DNA of 64,000 nt from Marispirochaeta sp. (GCA_963676835.2 CAXXFF010000002.1:1344001-1408000); one strand, 5' to 3'. Positions 38,740-48,860 are shown, numbered from the stretch's first letter. Made by a program: numbers and translations. The notes: generated from the sequence alone by a model not told the origin.

Positions 38740-39315
38740 TTATTCCTGTTCATCCGGCAGGTCCGGCAGGGAGGATTTTCCCTGGCCGCTATCGATTCGT
38801 TTCCATGCGCTCACAACCGCAAGTGAAATAATTGCCGCTGCCCCTGCTTCCGCTACTCCGTTGGTGGCGGCCACTCCGGCAGCGACAGACCAGGGTAAAA
38901 AGTTGAGCAGGCTTAATGCACCCAGAACCAGTATGGTGTTGGTCAGGCTGCCGGCGATTCCAGCGGCAATAATCCCGGGTACAGGGTATTTCTTCAGCAG
39001 ATTCCATACTCCCCAGGCGGCAACTCCGATCAGAAGCCGGGGAAGGACGGAGACCAGGGGATTCTGGAACATCAGATCAATCGGCCCCTGGGGGGCGATC
39101 ATTGCCCTGATCATGCCGAAAAGACCGAAGACGAGGCCGATTATGGTTCCCGCAATGGGGCCCTCGAGAATTGCCCCGATGATAACCGGAATATGCATGG
39201 TAGTGAGGGATGCCCCGGCAAACCAGGGGATAAACCCCAGGGGGGTCATTGCCAGAACGATGGAAAGAGCACCCAGAGCTCCTGTTGTGGCAATAGAACG
39301 GGTTTTTGAAGTCAT
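38740..39315 (-). CDS. panT: ECF transporter S component (PanT-like)
   Basis: TPLGFIP, TTMHIPVIIGAILEGP, NPLVSVLPR, GSLTNTILVL; adjacent to coaX. Confidence 0.85.
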   Translation of the reverse strand: MTSKTRSIATTGALGALSIVLAMTPLGFIPWFAGASLTTMHIPVIIGAILEGPIAGTIIGLVFGLFGMIRAMIAPQGPIDLMFQNPLVSVLPRLLIGVAAWGVWNLLKKYPVPGIIAAGIAGSLTNTILVLGALSLLNFLPWSVAAGVAATNGVAEAGAAAIISLAVVSAWKRIDSGQGKSSLPDLPDEQE

Positions 39316-40181
39316 ATGTTTCTCCTTAAAGGCAGGTTTATTTGAATAGTCTCCATGAGACTTTTATCGGTTCCGAGGTAGTGAAGTACAAGGGCCAGGG
39401 CAAAAACGGTAAAACATACACACAGGCAGATATTGTCCAGGCGGGTGATTGATTGGTTTTTCAGCCGTGTTCGTGTTCTCTCTTCCCTGAATCCCCTGAG
39501 GTGGATGGATTCTGCCAGGACCTCCGCTCTGTGCAGGGTGCTGAGGAAAAGGGGTACCATAAGAGGAACAGACGCATAAATCCTCTTAAAAGGATTTGAT
39601 GAGCGGAACCCGAGGCTTCCCCCCCTGGCGGTCTGGGCCTTTATCAGCCGCAGGCTCTCTTCCCGAAGGATGGGAATAAAGCGGAAGGTGAGCATTGAAA
39701 CAAGGGCAAGTGAGCCGGTTTTAAAGCCTGCTTTCTGCAGGGGAGTGAGCAGTGCTTCCAGTCCGTAGCTTATCTCTGCGGTATTCATGGAGGCGGTAGT
39801 TATGCCCAGAAGGGTCATGAAGCAGAGAATCCTGAGGCTCAGAAGGATCACCGCGGGGATATCCGTATAGTAGAGGATCGGTTCCCCCGTCGTTCTGGGC
39901 AGAGTCAGGGCGTGAATAAGCAGCACCAGCAGTAAAAACGGGAGCACCGGAACAAGGGGCTTCAGCAGCGAAGCAGTACTGATACACCCTGCAGCCGCGG
40001 CAATAATAAAAAACAGCAGCAGCAGTGTGAGACTGCTTATGGATGATGCCATGCTGATTACAGCAATTCCTGCAATCAGAAGAATAATCTTCACTCCTGG
40101 ATGAATCCTGCGCAGGGGGCCGCAGTCTCCGTGGAGGGATCTGAAATTCAGTCCGGAACCGAAGGAGCTGAAATCTTTCAT
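39312..40181 (-). CDS. ecfT: ECF transporter T component
   Basis: IHPGVK, RFIPIL.EE..RLIKAQTARG, LRG motifs. Confidence 0.88.
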   Translation of the reverse strand: MKDFSSFGSGLNFRSLHGDCGPLRRIHPGVKIILLIAGIAVISMASSISSLTLLLLFFIIAAAAGCISTASLLKPLVPVLPFLLLVLLIHALTLPRTTGEPILYYTDIPAVILLSLRILCFMTLLGITTASMNTAEISYGLEALLTPLQKAGFKTGSLALVSMLTFRFIPILREESLRLIKAQTARGGSLGFRSSNPFKRIYASVPLMVPLFLSTLHRAEVLAESIHLRGFREERTRTRLKNQSITRLDNICLCVCFTVFALALVLHYLGTDKSLMETIQINLPLRRNI

Positions 40182-41053
40182 GATAAACTTCTCCCGGGCT
40201 GTACTGCATCGAAAATCAGCTTTCCCATTTGATCTGCATTCATTCCGGCATCAAACCCTTCCAGTGAAATGCCCTGTTTGAGCAGCAGGTTTCTCAATTG
40301 AAAAATATCCGGGGGAAGAATAGATGCTTCCTCCAGGAGCTCCTGCTGCAGGAAAAGTTTCCGGGGAGGCGCTGTGGCGATAATACGGCCCCGGGAAAGC
40401 ATAACCACCATATCCGCTTTCAGGGTATGATTCATGTTGTGGGTTGAGAACAGTACGGTTTTTCCCCGTTTCTTCAAGGTCTGTATCAGCTGCATAAGGC
40501 TGTCGGCGGCTGCAGGATCGAGTCCTGCAGCAGGCTCATCAAGGATCAGGATATCCGGGTCCAGGGCAAGCACCCCCGCAAGGGCGGCCTTGCGCCGTTC
40601 ACCCCCTGAGAGAGAGAGGGCCTGGCGGTCTTTGTATTCACCGTAGGGGAGCCCGGCGGTTTCCATGGCACTTTTTACCCTCAGGGCAAGTTCCTGTCCT
40701 TCCAGGCCGTAGTTGGAGGGCCCGAATGCCACATCGTCTCCCACATAGGTTTTGAACAGCATATCCTCCGGGCGCTGCATGGCCATGACTGCCTTCTGAC
40801 GCAGTATGTCCAGATCCTTCTCTTTAAGACCTTTTCTGTGCAGCGAAATACCTGCAACCTCAGCCTGGCCCTCTGTGGGCAGAAGAATGGCTGCAATAAG
40901 CTGAAGAAGTGTTGATTTTCCGCTGCCGGTGGTGCCGATAAATGCGGTAATTCCGCCTGCGGGAATTTCAAGGTTTATATCCTGAAGCGTCAGGTGAGAA
41001 TCCTCTGTGTGGTAGCGATAGCAGACTTTGGAAAGATGAATAACGGTGCTCAT
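40178..41053 (-). CDS. ecfA2: ECF transporter ATPase A2
   Basis: GTTGSGKST, DVAFGP, LSGGERRK, LDEP. Confidence 0.88.
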   Translation of the reverse strand: MSTVIHLSKVCYRYHTEDSHLTLQDINLEIPAGGITAFIGTTGSGKSTLLQLIAAILLPTEGQAEVAGISLHRKGLKEKDLDILRQKAVMAMQRPEDMLFKTYVGDDVAFGPSNYGLEGQELALRVKSAMETAGLPYGEYKDRQALSLSGGERRKAALAGVLALDPDILILDEPAAGLDPAAADSLMQLIQTLKKRGKTVLFSTHNMNHTLKADMVVMLSRGRIIATAPPRKLFLQQELLEEASILPPDIFQLRNLLLKQGISLEGFDAGMNADQMGKLIFDAVQPGRSLS

Positions 41054-41859
41054 TACTCTGTCTCCCCGCCTGAAGCTATCAGTGCAGCCAGTTCTTCCAG
41101 GCTTGAGGGGTGCCGGGTAAAAGAGAGCCCCATGCTTTCCAGTGCCTCGGTAATTTTCAGGGTAAAGGGCTGATGAAGATCCCTGCGGATGCGGAAAACT
41201 TCTTCCGGCTTTCCATAGTTGCTGATCCGTCCCTTATCCATCACTGCCAGCCGGTCTGCCGCAAGGGCCTCTTCCGGGTGGTGGGATATGCTGAGTACTC
41301 CGATATTCTGCCGGGTAAGCCTGCGGCAGAGTTTATAGAAATTCCTGCGGGCCTCAGGATCCAGCATGGAGGACGATTCGTCAAAAAGAATATACTCCGG
41401 CTGCATGGCAAGTACCCCGGCTATGGCCAGGCGCTGCTGCTGACCTACGGAAAGAGCCCCGGTTTCCTGTTTCTCCATTCCGGTAAGGCCCATGGCCTGC
41501 AGGGCTTCCCTGACTCTGGCGGCAATCTCTTCTCTGGGCAGTCCCAGGTTCTCCGGTCCGAAGGCCGCTTCATCATCCACTTCGCCGGCTATCAGCTGAT
41601 CTTTCGGGTCCTGCCGGACCAGGCCGACCCTGCTGCTTTCGGGGGAATCTCCGGGATTCATTTTATTTCCGTTGATAAGGATCTCTCCCCCGGAGGCGGG
41701 GAGCAGGCCGGCGATGACCCGTGCGAGGGTAGATTTGCCGGAACCGTTTGAGCCCATGAGAACACAGAGTTCCCCCGGTTTCAGACTGAAGTCAAGGTCT
41801 GTGAGTACTGTCCTGTCGGACCCCGGGTAGCGGCAGCTGAGATTGCGCAGCTCAAGCAC
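41053..41859 (-). CDS. ecfA1: ECF transporter ATPase A1
   Basis: GSNGSGKST, AFGPENLG, LSVGQQQRLAIAGVLAM, FDE. Confidence 0.88.
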   Translation of the reverse strand: MLELRNLSCRYPGSDRTVLTDLDFSLKPGELCVLMGSNGSGKSTLARVIAGLLPASGGEILINGNKMNPGDSPESSRVGLVRQDPKDQLIAGEVDDEAAFGPENLGLPREEIAARVREALQAMGLTGMEKQETGALSVGQQQRLAIAGVLAMQPEYILFDESSSMLDPEARRNFYKLCRRLTRQNIGVLSISHHPEEALAADRLAVMDKGRISNYGKPEEVFRIRRDLHQPFTLKITEALESMGLSFTRHPSSLEELAALIASGGETE

Positions 41860-41947
41860 GGTGGATACCTTTCACAAAGGCCGGTGTGAGATTTTCGAGT
41901 CTGTTGGTGCAGGGTGTAATCCCCTGTATAATCATCATAATCCTTCG

Positions 41948-41980
41948 GACGTCTCGGTCGTCTTATCTGATCCAAGCGTC
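41948..41980 (-). ncRNA. pan RNA motif-like cis-regulatory hairpin
   Basis: Minus strand GACGCUUGGAUC-AGAUAAGAC-GACCGAGACGUC forms a stem with one bulged A per strand; about 90 nt upstream of ecfA-ecfT-panT-coaX. Confidence 0.65.
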
Positions 41981-42168
41981 ACGCTGCAAAGTTAACGAAC
42001 CTTCCATCTTTGGTCAAGGTCAATTTTGAGGCTTTGTGTATTGCAGGGCTAAGGTGTAATTGACCCGCCGGGGTTATACCTGTACCTTTTTTTACAGGAT
42101 TTTTTACAGGTTTGCAGGATTTTCTGCTGTGGTTTCTGTGGAAAATATTTTAAGGAGAATATACGTAT

Positions 42169-42468
42169 ATGGAACATCCCGGGCAGAAATGCACTCACTC
42201 AGTTCATCATTCAGAGGCATTTAAAGCGGAGCTGATTTCCCGTCTGAACCGTATTCGGGGACAGTTAGGCGGAATCAGTCGAATGATCGAAGAAGATGTC
42301 TACTGTGACGATGTCCTCAACCAGATATCCTCCGTCACTGCGGCAATCAGCGGGGTAAAGCGTAAGCTTCTCGAAGCTCATATTCGCACCTGTGTGGTTG
42401 AGCAGCTCCAGGAAGGTCGGGAAGAAGTTGTGGATGAACTTATGACCACCATCAAGAAAATGGTATAG
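42169..42468 (+). CDS. csoR: CsoR/RcnR-family metal-sensing repressor
   Basis: RLNRIRGQLGGI, YCDDVLNQI, HIRTCV (C-H-C ligands). Confidence 0.88.
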   Translation: MEHPGQKCTHSVHHSEAFKAELISRLNRIRGQLGGISRMIEEDVYCDDVLNQISSVTAAISGVKRKLLEAHIRTCVVEQLQEGREEVVDELMTTIKKMV

Positions 42469-42495
42469 TCTTCAGCCATGCTCTTCGGTCAAATG

Positions 42496-43488
42496 TCAGG
42501 CTGGAAACCAGATCCTGTAGCGGGGGGTTGGCGCCTTCTGCAGTGACATCGTTCCATTCAGCTCAGCTATCATAGACTGGATAAGACGCATTCCGAGCCC
42601 TCCGGAATTGAGGGGATCAATGTTTTCGGGGATAGGCTCTCCGCTGTTTTCTGTTATGAGCAGATAGCCCCGCTTCCCGTTTTCCCTGGCTGTTTCCAGA
42701 GTAACTGTATACTTTATTTTTTCGCTTTTCTCTTTTTGTACTGCATGTTTGCAGGTGTTGGTGGTTATCTCATTAAGAATCAGTCCAAGGGTTGTTGCCT
42801 TTTTTGAAGAAAGGTATGCGTCGGCGAACTGCAGCTTGAGTTTAATGCCTTCACAGCCGAAGGCGTGGAGAGCTCCCCTGGCGACTTTGCTCAGGTAAGG
42901 GCGGATTTTTACCTTATGGGGTTTGTGCTGGTGGATCAGCTGTTCATGTATAGACTGAATGGCATCCACCTGGCAGCTCAGGTCGGTCAGAATGTCCGGA
43001 TTTCCAAGCTGCATGCCTTTCAGGGAGATAAGACTAGAAACTATGGTCAGGTTGTTTTTAACCCGGTGATGCAGCTCGTTGGTCATTGTTTCATGGTGCT
43101 CAAGCTGAATTTTCAACTGTTCCTCAAGGTTCTTGCGTATGGTTATATCCTTGATAAAAAGGGCTACCTGGTTTTTGGTATCTTCTTTTTTTGCCAGGTG
43201 AATAAGCAGCTTTTTTCTATCTTTCTTACCGGGACTGATGGAATTGATAGAGTAGGTAAACTCCTTTTTGTCCGGAAGGTTGTTGAGTTTTATTGCCTGA
43301 ATAAGCCGTGCATTGCGTTTGAAAAGCGAATCTATTGAGTTTTTCTTTATTTCCTGGGGGCTGGTATTGAATATTTCCACGGCTTTCTGGTTTACGTGCA
43401 GAATCTTCAGCGAGGCCGAGTCTGCAATCAGCACGCCGTCCGGATAGAGATCAATGGGAAGTATCACATTCTCCTTGGCTATGTCCAT
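42496..43488 (-). CDS. Cytoplasmic PAS + HisKA_2 histidine kinase
   Basis: N-terminal PAS-like region (KDIT.RK); ELHHRVKNNL, NEITTNTCKHA, GLGMRLI. Confidence 0.82.
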   Translation of the reverse strand: MDIAKENVILPIDLYPDGVLIADSASLKILHVNQKAVEIFNTSPQEIKKNSIDSLFKRNARLIQAIKLNNLPDKKEFTYSINSISPGKKDRKKLLIHLAKKEDTKNQVALFIKDITIRKNLEEQLKIQLEHHETMTNELHHRVKNNLTIVSSLISLKGMQLGNPDILTDLSCQVDAIQSIHEQLIHQHKPHKVKIRPYLSKVARGALHAFGCEGIKLKLQFADAYLSSKKATTLGLILNEITTNTCKHAVQKEKSEKIKYTVTLETARENGKRGYLLITENSGEPIPENIDPLNSGGLGMRLIQSMIAELNGTMSLQKAPTPRYRIWFPA

Positions 43489-43661
43489 TTTTCAAGTCAC
43501 ACTTTGTTTAAGATGCTTTAATTATAGCATTCCCCGGAAATATCACAAGAAAATATTAACAAAATTGAGATATTCTTGGAAATTGGGATATCTGCACACA
43601 AAATTTTTATCACCCGACACTCCTCTTGACCCGGAAGGCGGCTGAATTGTACAAAAATCAG

Positions 43662-44408
43662 ATGGAAGACCTAAACTCTGATAATCAGGCTGATATTAAA
43701 AGCCGTATTCTGTATGAAGATAATCACCTCATTGTTATTAATAAGCTTCCCGGAGAGCTTGTACAGGGCGATAAAACCGGGGATGATCCCCTTCCGGTTC
43801 TGCTTGCAGCCTATCTTAAAAAGCGGGATGGAAAGCCCGGGAATGTCTTCCTGGGAGTCCCTCACAGGCTTGACCGCCCGACCAGTGGTGTTCTTGTGTA
43901 CGCAAAAACATCCAAAGCACTTTCACGGATGAATAATCTTTTCCGGGAAGGCAGGGTAAAAAAAACGTACTGGGCCCTGACGGGAATAGCCCCGGAGGAG
44001 TCCGAGGGTACTTTTGTCGACTACCTTCTCAAGGACAGCAAAAAGAATAAATCTTTTGTGGTTGCCGAGGGGCGAAAAGGGGCAAAAAAGGCGGTTCTTC
44101 ACTACCGGCTCCTCGCTTCCGGAGACCGCTATCACCTGCTGGAAGTTGAGATCGACACCGGACGGCATCATCAGATCCGTTGTCAGCTTGCTTCCAGGGG
44201 AATGATCATCAAAGGGGATCTTAAATACGGTTCTTCCAGGTCGAACAAAGATGGAGGAATTTCCCTCCATGCCCGGCATATTTCGTTTACCCACCCCGTT
44301 GGCGATGAAGAAAAGCTGGTCAGCTGTACAGCGCCTCCCCCGGCGAAGGATAATCTCTGGAACTGGTTTATTGATTATCTGGATAAAACCGGCGCTGGCG
44401 GAGATTGA
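43662..44408 (+). CDS. RluA-family pseudouridine synthase
   Basis: ILYEDNHLIVINK, HRLDRPTSG, TGRHHQIR, GDLKYG, LHA. Confidence 0.92.
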   Translation: MEDLNSDNQADIKSRILYEDNHLIVINKLPGELVQGDKTGDDPLPVLLAAYLKKRDGKPGNVFLGVPHRLDRPTSGVLVYAKTSKALSRMNNLFREGRVKKTYWALTGIAPEESEGTFVDYLLKDSKKNKSFVVAEGRKGAKKAVLHYRLLASGDRYHLLEVEIDTGRHHQIRCQLASRGMIIKGDLKYGSSRSNKDGGISLHARHISFTHPVGDEEKLVSCTAPPPAKDNLWNWFIDYLDKTGAGGD

Positions 44409-44425
44409 GAAAGCTGGCAGGGCAT

Positions 44426-44453
44426 AAAAAAACCTCCGCGAAATGCGGAGGTT
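44426..44453 (-). terminator. Terminator downstream of tRNA-Asp (possibly bidirectional)
   Basis: A-run then AACCTCCGC-GAAAT-GCGGAGGTT. Confidence 0.75.
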
Positions 44454-44459
44454 AATAAA

Positions 44460-44533
44460 CGGGAGTGACGGGACTTGAACCCGCGGTCTCCGGCTTGACA
44501 GGCCGGCGCGATAACCAGCTTCGCCACACCCCC
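44460..44533 (-). tRNA. tRNA-Asp (GUC)
   Basis: Minus strand GGGGGTGTGGCGAAGCTGGTTATCGCGCCGGCCTGTCAAGCCGGAGACCGCGGGTTCAAGTCCCGTCACTCCCG; anticodon arm CCGGC-CTGTCAA-GCCGG; CCA not encoded. Confidence 0.95.
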
Positions 44534-44572
44534 GTTAAGGTCAGCAGAAAATAGCTGATATCCGGATTTTTG

Positions 44573-47428
44573 TCAAGCAGAACCATTCTCTTTTTTTTCT
44601 TTACCCCCAAGAAAGGCGGTGAGAGCCTCAATGGGCATTGGTTTGGCGAAAAAATACCCCTGTATTACTGGGCTGGAGTGCTGTTCCAGAAACTGCAGCT
44701 GTTTTTTCGTCTCAACTCCCTCGGCGATAATCTTGAATCCGAGACTGGTTCCAAGGCCGATTACCGAGGTGACGATTGCCTCAGCCTCGGCTGATTTATG
44801 CAGATCCATAATAAACGAACGGTCTATCTTCAGGGTATCGATTTTAAAGCGGTTCAGATAGCTCAGGGATGAGTAGCCTGTGCCGAAATCGTCAATGGCC
44901 CGGTGGAATCCAAGCTCTGCAAGCTGCTGAATCTTGCTGATTGCCGCATCAACATTCTCCATGGCGGTACTTTCGGTTATTTCCAGTTCCAGCAGGTTTG
45001 GAGGGAAGTTTTCCTCTTTTACGGCTGCCACCACGGATTCTATAAAGGATTCCTGACCGAATTGTACGGCAGAAACATTGACTCCCAGCGTGAGGGGATG
45101 CTCCATTTTTCTGTTTAACTGCCCGATTTCTTTCATCGCATTGCGTAATACCCAGGTATCAATGGCACTTATCAGACCGCACCGCTCTGCCACCGGAATG
45201 AATTCTCCGGGAGAAATCCATCCCTCTTCCGGATCCTGCCAGCGGATAAGGGCTTCGACCCCACTGAAGCGTTTGTCCTGCAGGCTGTACTGGGGCTGAT
45301 AAAATATATGCAGGTGTCCGTCGACAACCGCCCGGCGCAGCCGTTCTTCCAGAATATTTCTGCGGTGGTTTATCTCTTCTATTTTCTGGTTGAATACAGT
45401 AATGCTGCCGTCCTGTCTTTTTTTTGACCTGTACATTGCCATATCCGCGTTCTGCATCAGCCTGCTCGGATTTGTACCATCTTCGGGGAAAAAGGTAACT
45501 CCGAAGCTTGCCCGGGGGTAAATAACTTTCTTGTTGAAAAACAAGGGCTCCTCCAGGGCCTGCTGAATCCGTTTTACCGCCTCCATGGTATCTGACTGGT
45601 CGGCAATAACCGGCAGGAGTATGGTGAACTCATCTCCTCCCATCCGGGCAACGGTGTCATCCTCTCTGACGGAGGCTGTCAGCCGTTTGGCAATCTCCTG
45701 CAGATAGATATCGCCCACGGAATGCCCCAGGGTATCATTTATCTGTTTGAAGTTATCCATGTCCAGAAAGAGTACGGCGCCTTTGGTTTTGTTCCGGTTG
45801 GAAGATGCCAGGGCAAGATCGAGCCTGTCGATAAACAGTATCCGGTTGGGAAGGTCGGTCATTGCATCATGATAGGCCATGCGGTGGAGTCGGGCTTCGT
45901 TCTGCTTGAGGTCGGAAATATCGTGAAAGATACTGATGTACTGTACCGGTTCCCCCTGGTCATTCTTCAGGGTGGTTATGGTCAGCCATTCCGGGTAGGA
46001 ATGACCGTCTCTGTGGCGGTTCCATATCTCACCGCTCCAGCTTCCTTTGTGTAGAATGGAGTTCCACATCTCTTCATAGAACTCTTTGCTGTGATGTTCC
46101 GACCGGAGAACTCTGGGGTTTTTCCCCAGCACCTCATCTTTCGAATACCCGGTTATCTGGGTAAAGGCCTCGTTTACCAGGGTTATACTGCCGTCGAGAT
46201 CCGTGATGGCTATGCCTTCAAGGGTGTTGTCGAATACGGTGTCCGACAGCAACTGAAGGGTTCCAAGGCTTTTGCGGGTAAGTTCCCCCTGTTCGAGTTT
46301 GTCCAGAAAATGGTTGAAGTGTTTTCCCAAAGCCTGAATTTCTTTCAGGTCGGAGTTCCAGCTGTCTCTGGTGTAGTCACCCTTTATGCTGCGGTCCAGG
46401 CTTTTGATTACCTGATTGATGGAAGACTGGATGGACCGGCTGAACCTGGCTGAAAGACTCAGAAAAACTGCGCTTGTTGCCAGCAGAAGCAGTACCAGCA
46501 GCAGGCTCAGCTGCCAGATGGGCTGATTAACTTCTCCCATCAGAACCGATGATGTAGCCGTGAGCTTTATGTTCGGAATATGTACAAAGTAAAGGAGCCG
46601 CAGTTTTCTGTTTCCGTCGCCGGCAACGTAGTGGAGATGTCCCTCGGGGCTGCTGTTAATCTGTTCAAGGATAGTATCTGAAAAATCCGGTTCAGCTTCA
46701 GATATGGGGGTTATTCTGCTTATGCCCGGGTGAACCAGCATATTGCCTCTGCTGTCCATTATGGATATACGCTGTCGGGTGTCCTCGGTAAGATAGGCGA
46801 TTATTTTCTCCAGATGATTCCGGTCTATAAGATTGGGGAAGTCGTCGGGATAAGCAGTCACTGTTACTATCCAGTCCCATTCGGGGATATAGGTCATGTA
46901 CAGGACTTTATAGCGGGCTTCCAGTTCCCCCGGGTTGCGCCAGTAATAGGCCAGAAATCCCTGCTGTTGTTGTATCTGCTGCTGCACAAAATCTTCAGTG
47001 CCGATGTTTACCCCCTCCAGGGCTCTGAATTTGTGAATTAAAACATCTGCATTTGAGTTAAGTACGTAAAAATATCCTTCCCTGCCAATCTGGTAATCCC
47101 GGAGAATCTCTGCAGCAACGGTTTTTTCCTGTTCTTCAGACAGTTCTGTATGGGTCCGCAGTGTGCTGAGTTTGTTACGGAAGTCCATGATGTAATTTTC
47201 AAGCCGGTGTTCCACCTCTATCTCAACCCAGGTGTTCATCAGCTCCTTGATTTCTCTGGTATTTGCCCGCAGGGAAGCGTTGATTCTCTGGTTTATTACA
47301 AGAGACAGAACCACAAGCAAAATAACCGAAACGATAAGCTGTATGCCCAGGCTGGTGAGACCGTACCAGCGAAAGAGTTTCTGGTCGAGACGAATTGTTC
47401 TGTTGTAGTGGTGCATTCCTTTTTCCAT
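44573..47428 (-). CDS. Cache-HAMP-PAS-GGDEF-EAL diguanylate cyclase/phosphodiesterase
   Basis: GYFYV and WDWIV Cache motifs; PAS; RxxD then RMGGDEF; EAL; DDFGTGYSSL. Confidence 0.93.
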   Translation of the reverse strand: MEKGMHHYNRTIRLDQKLFRWYGLTSLGIQLIVSVILLVVLSLVINQRINASLRANTREIKELMNTWVEIEVEHRLENYIMDFRNKLSTLRTHTELSEEQEKTVAAEILRDYQIGREGYFYVLNSNADVLIHKFRALEGVNIGTEDFVQQQIQQQQGFLAYYWRNPGELEARYKVLYMTYIPEWDWIVTVTAYPDDFPNLIDRNHLEKIIAYLTEDTRQRISIMDSRGNMLVHPGISRITPISEAEPDFSDTILEQINSSPEGHLHYVAGDGNRKLRLLYFVHIPNIKLTATSSVLMGEVNQPIWQLSLLLVLLLLATSAVFLSLSARFSRSIQSSINQVIKSLDRSIKGDYTRDSWNSDLKEIQALGKHFNHFLDKLEQGELTRKSLGTLQLLSDTVFDNTLEGIAITDLDGSITLVNEAFTQITGYSKDEVLGKNPRVLRSEHHSKEFYEEMWNSILHKGSWSGEIWNRHRDGHSYPEWLTITTLKNDQGEPVQYISIFHDISDLKQNEARLHRMAYHDAMTDLPNRILFIDRLDLALASSNRNKTKGAVLFLDMDNFKQINDTLGHSVGDIYLQEIAKRLTASVREDDTVARMGGDEFTILLPVIADQSDTMEAVKRIQQALEEPLFFNKKVIYPRASFGVTFFPEDGTNPSRLMQNADMAMYRSKKRQDGSITVFNQKIEEINHRRNILEERLRRAVVDGHLHIFYQPQYSLQDKRFSGVEALIRWQDPEEGWISPGEFIPVAERCGLISAIDTWVLRNAMKEIGQLNRKMEHPLTLGVNVSAVQFGQESFIESVVAAVKEENFPPNLLELEITESTAMENVDAAISKIQQLAELGFHRAIDDFGTGYSSLSYLNRFKIDTLKIDRSFIMDLHKSAEAEAIVTSVIGLGTSLGFKIIAEGVETKKQLQFLEQHSSPVIQGYFFAKPMPIEALTAFLGGKEKKENGSA

Positions 47429-47613
47429 CTATGCCTGTTCTATCCCTATTTGAGTGTAGTCAGAAATTTTGACTCAGGCAAATATTTGTTTACAGTCTCA
47501 AGTTATAATTTAAGAGGGTACGGCTGAATTTTCTTTATTTCTTTTTTACTTACCCCTCCTTGCCTTGCCGGGGTAACTCCCGGTAAGCTTGGAGCAACAG
47601 GAGAGTGAGCCCC

Positions 47614-48411
47614 ATGGATCTGCACAGCACACTGGAAAATGTAAAAGGCCTTATGAGAAGGGTCGGTGAGTATCAGAAGAAACAGTTCCGCACCTTTCAG
47701 CACGGAAGTGGTGACGAGAAAACTGAAAGAGAGTATGTCTCTCATGTCGACATTGAGAGTGAAAAGATGCTCCACGAAGGTCTTACGGAGATTTTTCCGG
47801 AGGCTGCATTCTACGGCGAGGAGACCCTCAAGGACCGGGGAGAATACACCTGGGTGGTTGATCCTCTGGACGGCACCATCAACTATCTTTCCGGGATTGA
47901 CCACTGGGCTATCTCTGTTGCCCTTTTAAAAGGGGATGAACCAATTCTCGGGGTTGTGCTTAAGCCGTTCAGTGCTGAAACCTTTTGCGCCATTAAAAAC
48001 TTCGGAGCATTCTACAATAATCAGCCTCTGAAGCAGGTTCTCCATCTGCCCATGAAGATGTCGCTCATCGGCACCGGCTTTCCCTTCCGCTCCCCGGACA
48101 CCAAGGGTCATTTCTTCCCCTGTGCCGAAGAGGTTCTCTTCTCAAGCCGGGGTCTGCGGCGTATCGGCAGTGCTGCTCTGGATTTGTGTAAAGTTGCGGC
48201 AGGATTTCTTCAGGGCTTTTTTGAGGTTGATCTTGAACCTTACGATGCGGCTGCGGGGCTGTTGATGCTTCAGGAAACGGGCTGTCAGGTTACCAATTTT
48301 TCCGGCGGACCCTATGATCTGTTCGGGTCGCGTACTCTGGTCGCAGGCTTTCCCGGCGTCCATGATGAGCTTCAGCTTATCTGCGCAAAGCACTACGCCG
48401 GGATTATTTAG
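47614..48411 (+). CDS. suhB: Inositol monophosphatase family protein (SuhB-like)
   Basis: YGEE, WVVDPLDGTINY, RRIGSAALDL, PYDAAAG. Confidence 0.88.
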   Translation: MDLHSTLENVKGLMRRVGEYQKKQFRTFQHGSGDEKTEREYVSHVDIESEKMLHEGLTEIFPEAAFYGEETLKDRGEYTWVVDPLDGTINYLSGIDHWAISVALLKGDEPILGVVLKPFSAETFCAIKNFGAFYNNQPLKQVLHLPMKMSLIGTGFPFRSPDTKGHFFPCAEEVLFSSRGLRRIGSAALDLCKVAAGFLQGFFEVDLEPYDAAAGLLMLQETGCQVTNFSGGPYDLFGSRTLVAGFPGVHDELQLICAKHYAGII

Positions 48412-48416
48412 AGGTT

Positions 48417-48860
48417 TTAAAGGATTCCGCCGTGGAAGTAGAGTTCGTAAATTCTTGCGGTGTCAAAAATAACGTACTCTTCTCCGCGAACCTGTTCAAA
48501 TGATCCGGTCCAGGTGCAGTAGTAACTGAAATCACCTTCGGCAAAGCCGTTGATTCCCCGGTACGGATTCTGTTCATCGATGCGGGAAAGGGCTTTTCCC
48601 AGGAATTCAGGGAAATCTTCGGGGATTGCATCTTCCAGAAGGCAGCCGTAGTAGTTCATTCCCCAGGAGGGGCGGTCTCCCTGCCAGACAATCTCCTGGC
48701 CGATAAAACGTTCCTGACCGAAGAATGAATCCAGATAACGGAATCCCCCGTCTGAGTAATGAAGATCTTTCGAGCTTTTTCTTGTGGAGGAGACCGGAAT
48801 CATTCCGGATGCATAACAGTTTTTTTTCGCTTTTATAAGAAAAGAAATCAGATCGTCCAT
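48417..48860 (-). CDS. DUF5680-like protein
   Basis: FLIKAKKNCYA, YLDSFFG..FIGQEIVW, WGMNYYG, PYRG, FHGG; AAGGAG RBS. Confidence 0.7.
   Translation of the reverse strand: MDDLISFLIKAKKNCYASGMIPVSSTRKSSKDLHYSDGGFRYLDSFFGQERFIGQEIVWQGDRPSWGMNYYGCLLEDAIPEDFPEFLGKALSRIDEQNPYRGINGFAEGDFSYYCTWTGSFEQVRGEEYVIFDTARIYELYFHGGIL

Noticed and set aside
44460..44533. tRNA-Asp as an integration site
   Set aside because: No integrase and no duplicated tRNA 3' end seen in the window.
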